DNA of 56,156 nt, the filler included, from Sphacelaria rigidula (Eukaryota), in NCBI GenBank assembly GCA_964200075.2. It is 4 parts of 4 records of this genome, joined end to end, with 100 filler letters (N's around TTAATTAATTAA, not from the genome) between each part and the next. Parts side by side here need not be neighbours in the genome. Positions count along the whole stretch, not along the records: positions 42,196 to 56,156 come from CAXNAA020002547.1; 3 more parts are not named here. One strand, written 5' to 3'. Below the pieces are notes generated by a model. The model was not told the origin of the DNA, did not search any database, and saw only the letters and a list, made by a program, of their open reading frames with translations. Position 1 is the stretch's first letter, and each line of letters begins with the position of its first letter. Of this stretch, positions 47,501-56,156 are shown piece by piece. The position numbers were made by a program, and so were the translations under genes.

Positions 47501-50500
47501 AAAAAAAGTGCAAAGCGTCAAGTAGACGTACAATGCATACCCGCCTTCTCTGACAAAATTTGGTCGCAATACGTCCGACTGCACACACACCCTTACGGCT
47601 CCATCATTCACGCATCCCGCATACTGCAACAAATCCTTCGATATCGATATCACGCGTGGATTCTACGACAAGCGGATTCGATTTTGTTCAACGCTAAAGC
47701 TCCGACCCACCAAGTGGTTCACTTTTTCTCCTTTTCCACCGTTTCTTGTGCTTCTTCTTTGGAGCGGGGGAAATGAGCTTCGAATGTTGGTGCGCTCTAC
47801 TACGATCACGTGGACATTTCACGGGAAATAAGAGCACGCTTCATGTATTCTTGGCCGGGCCAGCGAATTCAAACGCAAAGTGGATTCCCTTGAGAGTAAC
47901 CACCTTCGTTTGTTCTTACAACAACAACATAAAAAGGGGCAGAGATTTTCCGCAGGATTCATCAACTCTTGACCGTCAACAGCTTCGCATCTCCTTTGTT
48001 GCGTTGCTATTTTATTTTTCCGATCGTAGAGTGATGTTGCGATTGCCCCCCCCCCCCCACTTGCGGCGTAATTAGATGGGTTTCCGTATGAGGCGTTATA
48101 GTGGGAAGGACGCAAATTTAAAAGTACTGGCAGTAATGACTGCCCCTTTTCCATTACCAGTACACAGTAACAATACCAGTAGTTTAGCGGTGTTTTTTTT
48201 TTCACGTCCCCAGGAGACAGGAAGGAGCCTTTCAACATGCACTTCGCTATTTCTAGTTTCGTGCAGTGCATTCGAGTGCACTGCACCCGTCGTACGTCCC
48301 CAGCCCTTAGGCTAGCTAGTCCGGTCGGATGTAGGGGTAGGCACCAAGGTGGGAGTGCCCCCCCGTCACCCAGGTAGTCTCGGACTTATCCCTTTTCCTC
48401 AACTAGGTAGGGTCGCCCTCACCGAGCGAACTTCCTACAATGTTCCCCAGCTCGACCCTGTACACGCGTCACCCTACCCATCCGGGCATAGGTCCTCATA
48501 GTCTACCGGTGTGTACTAGTCCAGTACTCAGCCCTCGTTATGGCCTTGTATACACTATGCAATATGACACGAAGTGGAAAATGACACGAACACAAGAGTA
48601 TGACACACACACACCCACACACACACACAAGGAGGGTGATGAACCGGGTTCTTTACCTTGGCGTAGCTCTGGCAAGCTGTCAGCTCTTCCTCGGTGGGGA
48701 TCACTGACTTGGTGGCAGACCCTAGCACCCTCCGGGCTTCTCTACCGGTGTTCACCTGAGTCGCCCGGGTGACATTAAGCTTTGCCGCGCGCTGGAAACA
48801 CCGAAAAAAACAGCACAAAGAGAGTGCACGCCACGCCACGCCATACCACGGGACAAGTGTTTGTGACAGGCCAATGAAAAACAACGCGTATGAGATGTTG
48901 CTCCGCAAACACGATGAGGTACGAATCAAACCTCATGCCGTGCCGTGGATACTGCCGCCACCGACGGGGTTGGGCGCGCATTCCTGTGAATGGAAATATA
49001 CTACAGCATACTCCCAAAAGTTCCTTCGGCGATCGCACATACGCGAGCGCAAAAACAAAACAAAAAACAATATGAGTCGATCGGCTGCAGCAGTGCTGGT
49101 CCAACGCTCTGGGAAATGAACAGAATGCGATGCAGGTACGGGGAAAAATTGGCCAATCCCTCGAAACAACGGATTCGTCCCAAGGAAGAAGAGGACAAAG
49201 TCTAGAAGCGCCACATAAAAAAAAAAGTGTCCTCATGCCTCGCAGCCTTTGCATATTCCGGACGCCACACAGGCATGCTGCTGGGAATGTAATCGCGGAC
49301 ACGCGAATCTCTTCTTCGAGTCAGTCGGCGTATTTACATGCATGCACGTTACAGTAGCGTGTACCTGAGTGAGATTCCGCCCCCATAGGCGCAGAACCCT
49401 CTGCTTTTGGTTATGCTCGTACAGAGAGTCCTGCAACAGCTGGTCTGCCTTCCTTTGATCTTCCAAGTTTTGTCTGCTTTTCTCATTGAGGGCCTCCCTG
49501 TGTGGTCCATGCACACAGCGCCAAGCCGAAACAAGAGCAAAACGGGGAAAAGATACATGTATAAGGAGAAAGAAAAAAGATGCAGAAGAGCCATGAATCC
49601 ATCCCTCTGTTCACCCATCATGTGCCCACGAGCCACAAAAAACAAATACCCAACAATGATGAAAAGGGATGGGAAAACAAAGTAGCAAAATAGTCGATCT
49701 AATCCGCACACGAGATAATTATTCTTGTATTAAGCGCCAATACTACTAAATATTTTTCTTCTGCTTCGATCACGTCCGCGCCGAATCGACACAAAATGAA
49801 GCGGTGTCGGAGGGGGGAGGGTGGACGGGGGGGGGGACACACAATCACGTACCTCCTCTGACACGACGGTGCAAAAACAAAACCAAAAAAAGTAGAAAAA
49901 ATAACACAAGATAGAATCTATACAAGATAAAAGTAAACCAAACAAAGGACTACACGCGATCATGAGCAACGCACAGCGACCCTTTTCAGGAACACGCTGT
50001 TGAAGACACAACCTCGCGGTCGACGTTTTCACCATCGTCGCAAAAGCCCATCAATGATCATCACCTAATTCCATTCATACTTCGGAAATATATTTCCCCC
50101 TGCAACCCGGTCCGCAGAAAACCCGGCGTGCCCCATCCCGGCTTTGTAGGAATGCGAGTTCAATGGTCTCACGACTACGGCATGCAAGATGATGAGTACA
50201 CCCCCCCGCCCTCCAGCCGTAGATTATTCCCCCTCACCCGTAGAGCTGAATCATGATGGCCGTCAGCAGGTTGAACACGATCAGTACGCCCACCACGTGA
50301 TAGAGCGCGAAGTAGAGAAACGCGGAGTGGCCCACCTCGTTCACCGTATCCTCCACCACAGCACTGAAGTCTACGCCGACGAACAGTTGCAGCGTCGTCT
50401 TGAGGGCGGTGCCTGCGTCCTTGAAGGCGGACGCCTACACATTAAATAAAAAAATAAACAAAAGCAGGAGGTTGGAATAAGATTTCTGAAAAACAGGAGC

Positions 50501-53500
50501 AAACGAAATCAAACCGAGCGAACGAGCGCAAAAAAGCAAAGCAAAGCAAGGCAATAATAAAAGCAAATAGTGCGTGAGCTGTGCTGTGCTGTGTGTGTGT
50601 TGCCATCCCATGTACTCTGGACGGGAGTCTACACCGTTCGGTAAATGTGGAGGCATTAGCCGGGATCACACAGGAGGAAGGTCAACACAAGAGTTTTATA
50701 TTTCAGTTTATCGTTAGCACTCCACCTTCCTTCTAATCGCGAGAGGGGTTCAGCGGTCCCTTTCCCTCGTCGACCGCAAAGTCGAATTTTGTGTACCCAC
50801 GACATAGTCGCTCTCCACTGTTGGGCATGATGTCAGAAGAAATCCCAGATCGTGTGATTTCATCGAGATCCGAACCCACGTCCTAACCGTCACAAGGTCC
50901 CGAGGTTACCAACTGAGCCACCGGGGAAACCCCAGAGTGTATACGCATCTCTTCCAATGACGAGTGTGTAACCAGTCGACCGTTGACTTTGAAATGCAAG
51001 CATGAACCATCACGCACGAATTCGTGCTTCAACAAATGTTGACGTTCAAAGGCGCCATTTTTTTGCTACAATACATCTCTTTTCCATAAAAAAATCTCGC
51101 AAGCCCTTTCTTATCAGACCATCTTCCAAAAATTTCGACTCAAGTGCTTGTGCCTTATCGGGATTACAACCACTTGGGCGCCAGGACGACATGAAACACA
51201 CACACACACACACACACACACATGGAAATGATGGAGGTAACTTTTCGGATAAGATTCAAGACGCACAGTCCCGTCTCTCTTCTCTCGGATAAATACTTGG
51301 ATTTAACCTCTCCTGCCTCCGATCTCCACCTGACCGGGGATGGTTGTGTCGGGGTAGGCTAGTCCAACCAGCAACCAAACAACACACCCGACGCGTAGGA
51401 GGAAGCGACATGACTCACGGACTATTGTGGTCTGTGTTCTGTGTCGGTGGTGATGCAGCACACAGCCTCAGGCAGTGATGACCTCTAGGCTCTATTCTGC
51501 AGCTGCGGAGTTGTACCCTGTACTGGGATCCGAATTCAACCCCGCAGCTGCAGCGCTTGACCCCAAGTTGGAGCACTGTCACGAAAACCTTGGTGGAGAT
51601 GATGAGACACGTGTGTGTGAATACCAGATTCGGCGGATTGTAGCTAACGGCCGACATGGATTGGGAAGGCTGCACCCTCCCCTCCCTGCGAGACCAAAAC
51701 TAAAGACAAGTACGATACCATCCATGACCGATTTGCCTTCCATGCGCGATAATCAATCAAGTGAAATGAAATAATCAAATAATCAAATAGTCAAATCAAA
51801 TTAAATCAAATCAAATCAAATCAAATCAAACCAAACCAAACCAAACCAAACCAAACCAAAGATTGTTGGTTTTCCACCTTCATGTTTCCAACGGTCGTGT
51901 GTAGCCACCGATACTCGTCGATCCACGCAACATACTGTGTCCAACATCGAAAGTCGGAGTCATGAGTAATTTTGTAGTCTCCTTCTTTCCCCAGTTCTCT
52001 CCCTACTCATGTGCTCTTTCCTCCCGGTGTATGCCAGTATTATAGCACTTTGGTACCTCGCCTTCGTAAGGTTCATTGATGATAACTCCATACCCAAAAT
52101 ACTGAGGTCGAGATGCATGCAGTCCCCACGGCTCTTTGTTCCCCACGATTGAGGATGAGTGTGGCTTTTGCGCAAGTCCATTTCCACCGAACACATGTGG
52201 GAGAGGACGGCCATTTCTAGTTTGTTTTTGTCACTGTTCTTGTTATGATCTTCCTCTTGTTATTTTCTTTTCTCAGTGTACTCTGTCTGCTCCACTGAGT
52301 ATTCCCATCATGTTGTCATCTCGGGTAGGTCTATCATGTGGATAATGACCAATCACGGTTGGACTACTGGGGGATCAGTTAAATTGTGACAATCAATCAA
52401 TCACAAGTGACTGTTCGAGCGATAGTATGGGGGAGGGGGTGTTATACAGTTGGGGCCAATTTTGATGAGAAATGAGACGAAAACGCCTTCAATGCTCCCG
52501 CCTCCTGCGGCCTGCTCGCTGCGCCGGCCGATATTTCTGAGATATGTGCCAAAAAAAATCCGGTATAGTCATGCGACGATAGGGGTTGCACATTTGAGCC
52601 CAAATATTTGTCGTTCGGGGGCTCCCAAAGCTAGCAGCAACACGAGAACATGGTTTAGGACGTTCCCGTTCTCAATTTCATTCGGGATATTCCCAGCCAA
52701 TTGATTGGAATGCTAAAGCTAATGCTAATCGTGGCGTGCTGTCACGTATTTCACAAGCCGCTTTCTTGGATGAGAAAAGGGCTCTTGACAATTCGAACAT
52801 CAGTAAATAGTTGTGCACCCTTGCCGTAGCAGCGCGGAAAAATATCAGCACACATCTGCTTTACCGATCCCCCACGTACAGTATATTGGTTATTGCTGTC
52901 GACACAGAACCCTAATGTTCATACTTCATTCATAAGTACTCGCGACGCACACTGGTAGTCAATGCGGCCTCTTCACACTGTCATGATAGCGCCCGCCCAC
53001 AGGCGCGGGCAACGTTTACTTCCGTTGACCACAATACGAAGAGGCAGCGTGGGACACTTTTTACGATAGCCCCCCCCCCCCCCCCCCCCCCCCCCCAAAG
53101 CAACCGCGCACAAGCCCAAAAAAAAAAAAAAAAAAATGAANNNNNNNNNNGAGAGAGCAACATGTCCCCTTGCCGCCGTCACAAAAGATCAAGAAGGAAC
53201 GGTAACGTTGCTTAAGAGCCCAACCCCCCCCCCCCCCCCCCCGAAAATCAGCCCGAAAGTGTCACGAAAAAAATGGACATACAGTGCCTGATGTTTGGGT
53301 CCAGGCTACATGAAGCGCCTCATATGGGCGACATTGGTGAGAACGAACCCAAGCGTGGGAATTCCCAGCTGCTCGTTGTGCTCGGCATTTTCCATTTAGA
53401 TTTACGTGAAGATTTCGTCTCCCCAAACCAGGCACTTTTATGGTGGGGGGGGGGGGGCGTACTCATTTGTTGCTTGCCTTAGTCGTTTGACCATTGACCA

Positions 53501-54109
53501 CGCATCCCTTTCGAGACGGAGCAAGGGGGGCGATCGTGGAAAGTGCCGTGGATCTGAAATTACTCAAAAATTGTTTTGTAAGAACCCTTGGTGGCATGAT
53601 TTCGGTGTTCGAGGGGGGGTTGGTAAATTTTGCCGAATAGGATCACCATCTAGACACAGGATCAATAACAAGGGATGCATGCCGGTTCATCTTCATCACG
53701 CCCCAAACTAACTGACTTCGTACGCTCAAACAAAGCGTAAGACCGTGCCTTAATCTTGCTACACCTGCAAAACACAAAACATAGTCACACACCACCTCGT
53801 TTTTTTTCTTCTTTCTTTTTTCATTATACACCGCATCACGACAGACAGAAGGCAACTATGCTAGGGAAAAAATAAAAACATGAGTTGTACCCGAGGCCTC
53901 CCTCCCTCACCTTGTCAGCGAAAAACTGCATGCCCCCCAGAGCAAAGGCATACGCCACGATGAGCGCAAAGCTGAGCGTCTGAGCGAACACGGGCACCAC
54001 AGAGAAGAACGTGTCTACGTGCGCGTGCAGCGTGTCGTTGAGGGTCACCAATCGCCAACAGCGCATGAGCCGCATCGTATATGCCAAGGCCACCATCCCG
54101 TCCATGCAC
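44575..54109 (-). CDS. Voltage-gated cation channel, two-pore-channel-like S4-S5-pore-S6 module plus C-terminal cyclic-nucleotide-binding domain; 5' partial
   Basis: 7 phase-consistent exons: 54109-53911 (S4 TMRLMRCWRLV; S5 ...AYAFALGGMQFF), 50434-50238 (pore FKDAGTALKTTLQLFVGVDFSAVV; S6 VLIVFNLLTAIMI), 49497-49365, 48791-48657, 47415-47299 (linker), 46645-46532 and 44691-44575 (CNBD FADGEVIYQRGD...YFVNRGVV...GEMFGEEALV...VECVGIDRATF). A possible terminal exon at 43207-43142 is weakly supported. Confidence 0.85.
45890..45980. repeat. (CAA/CGA)n microsatellite
   Basis: Read directly from the sequence. Confidence 0.9.
50580..50926 (-). mobile_element. tRNA-derived SINE, copy 2
   Basis: Minus strand reads CCCCGGTGGCTCAGTTGGT...GGGTTCGGATCTC, followed by the same body (gagggaaaggg, ccctctcgcg, ccttcctcctgt). 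Confidence 0.8.
51770..51860. repeat. Compound pentanucleotide microsatellite (AAATC)n(AAACC)n
   Basis: Read directly from the sequence; probably a retroposon tail. Confidence 0.9.
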
Positions 54110-54189
54110 CTGTGCCCGGGGTGGGGGTAGGGGGGAAATTACGTAACTGTGTAGGGGGAAGTTACGTAATTGTGAACTTCACAACGTGT

Positions 54190-54547
54190 GTGTATGTTGT
54201 GTTGTCGTCTCATCTATTCTGGACGCCGGTCTACACCTTTCGGTATATGTGGGCGCATCAGCCGGGGTTATACAGGAGGAAGGTCAACACAGGAGTTTTT
54301 TTTCTCTTTAGTTCGTTTGTAGTACTCCACCGTCCTTCTGCGGTGCTTGTCTTTATTTTTTACCGCGAGAGGGGTTCAGCATTCCCTTTCCCTCGTCGAC
54401 CGTTGAGTCGATTTTGTGTACCCACGATATAGTCGCTCTCCACTGTCGCGCATTGTGTGAGAAAAAATCCCAGGTCGCTCCGAGATTTGAACCCATGACC
54501 CAACCGTCAAAAGGTTTCGAAGTCACCAACTGAGCCACCGGGGCGAC
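54190..54547 (-). mobile_element. tRNA-derived SINE, copy 3
   Basis: Minus strand reads GTCGCCCCGGTGGCTCAGTTGG (A box)...GGTTCAAATC (B box), followed by the same body of about 280 bp. Confidence 0.85.
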
Positions 54548-55734
54548 GTGTACACACGTCATACCGGTACCGGTACCTAGCCACCTCCTTCGCGAAGAGA
54601 AAGTTACGTGAATCCCCTCAGAATGTGAGGCTTGTCTCTTATGCGTACCTAGACTGCTATCCTACAACGAAGGGAGGTTATGTACGCACAGATACATCCG
54701 TCATACTTCTTGAACTCACCCCCCGTTTCTCCTCGGGACGAGCCTGTAATTTCAAGGGATTACCCGACCTCTGCCACGGTACCCGCCTGACAATCCGTTA
54801 CCAACGGTTGGGTTATGAACCCACGATACACCCCGTCGACTCTCGACGAGTCTTTCTTCCGCCGCCGATGTCACCACATTTTTCAAAAGACGACAAGCAA
54901 CAGGTCTTCAAACGATCAACTGTGATGGACAACTCGTACCTCGACCGGAAAAAGACAACACTTGAAACGGGGTGGACGGGGCGGACGGGGTGTACTCATG
55001 ATCTTACATGCCATAGTCGTTTGACCATTGACCTCGCATGCCTACAACGCCGGGACGGAGCACGCCAGGTTTTCGCCAGACCAGGCTCGCAATCAATCAC
55101 CAAGCGCGAAGCGCCGTGGNNNNNNNNNNGTGTTCGGCGAGTCGCATGAAGGGTTAACTGCATCCTGCCAAGATTGTTCGGCCTGAAGCGTACTGATTGC
55201 CTTGCATTTGGATGACAGCCTCCAATGAGCTGCTTTATTTTCTGGCATTGCCACTTCCAGAGACAGCCATGGTTTCCACACTACCTCATGGGTGTTTCGC
55301 CATCATTGGGAGAGGTAGAGTGGGGTAGTGTATGTAAGCTATGGGTTTCATAGCGTAAGACATACTTGAACCATGGATTCATGGATTCCCCTGCCCACGA
55401 GTCCTCGCTTCGTACCCTGGGGGCTGTTTGACTCTCTTCGACCTACCCATGATACTACCCGTTAGAGCATGTGCTTGGACGGGAAGACGGTATCGAGCAA
55501 ATCGCTCAACACCATGGGAAAATACAGGGGATCGTACTCTGCACATATCGTGTGGACGCATTCGCATTTGGTTGATGTACACAACATTGCACAGTACGAC
55601 GATAGCCAAACGACATCTCAATCATTGGAAAAATAGGGCCGTCCTCCCAACGCCAGCCCGTCCTAAAGAAAGAAAACCAAACACACCCCCAAAAACATTG
55701 AAAAACCCCCCCCCCCCCCCCCCCCATCAAGTAC

Positions 55735-56080
55735 AGGAAGGCGGCACGAAACCATTTGGTAAACTGGATAGTAGCGAAAACCCGATCGCTTTACTGCGAT
55801 TTAGATGGTGGACACAGGCGGCGAACGAGGAAGGGGATGACAAAAGTAAAAAGTTTTCGTGCAATGTCTGGAAGAACCAGAATAAGCGCCCAAATGTTCG
55901 AGGTGTCTTGATTAGGAGTAACTATGGTGCTCGGTCTCGGAGGGATGAGTGGTCCGTGATCATATGACTCAAGACCAGCAGCAAATAAGTTCCTCCCCCG
56001 GCCCCCGCCCTCTGCTTCGTCGAAAGGGATGCGCGGAATATGGTCAAACGACTAAGGCGTACTTCTTCCCCCCCCCCCCC
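55735..56080 (+). mobile_element. LINE-like 3'-terminal fragments followed by C-rich tails
   Basis: Coding-like stretch KPFGKLDSSENPIALLRFRWW...NVWKNQNKRPNV, then two copies of the terminal motif (ggatgcg..atggtcaaacgactaagg). The same motif occurs at about 50152, 53477 and 55013. Confidence 0.55.
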
Positions 56081-56156
56081 CGACCCACCCCCCCCCGCCC
56101 CCGCCGCCCCCACCCACGCACCACTCCCCCCCGCCGCGCGTCAGGCGCGACGCGGC

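Noticed and set aside
54470-54547. tRNA gene
   Set aside because: A and B boxes are present, but the segment is the head of a 350-bp repeat seen three times and lacks a convincing acceptor stem. Called as a SINE.
14068-56156. HOP, Z-ISO and the channel as one functional gene cluster
   Set aside because: The channel is on a different contig. Only HOP and Z-ISO are physically linked.

Overview
Eukaryotic, intron-rich genomic DNA, most likely a brown alga (Phaeophyceae). That assignment is an inference from GT-AG introns, GC-rich exons, a bipartite plastid-targeting leader, TTAGGG repeats and the repeat style. The window is not one locus. It is four contigs (1-13967, 14068-28031, 28132-42095, 42196-56156; lengths 13967, 13964, 13964, 13961) joined by artificial 100-bp N44-TTAATTAATTAA-N44 spacers, so adjacency across spacers means nothing. 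Contig 1 is a nest of transposons: a CACTA/CMC-like element, a decayed hAT transposase, and a Ty3/Gypsy chromovirus with in-frame deletions of RT and RNase H that carries two MITEs (one containing telomeric TTAGGG repeats). It also holds a young Kolobok-like element with a possible KolX remnant. Contig 2 has a head-to-head gene pair: STI1/HOP (15 exons, minus strand) and Z-ISO zeta-carotene isomerase (7 exons, plus strand), both truncated at the 3' end by contig ends. Contig 3 has an RTE-like LINE 3' end, an unidentified two-exon coiled-coil gene and several DNA-transposon relics. Contig 4 has the 3' half of a voltage-gated channel gene with a two-pore-channel-like S4-S5-pore-S6 module followed by a cyclic-nucleotide-binding domain. 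This is the most unusual feature in the window. Its introns hold tRNA-derived SINEs and C-tailed retroposon ends. All exon models were read by eye, and reading-frame phase was checked across the junctions.
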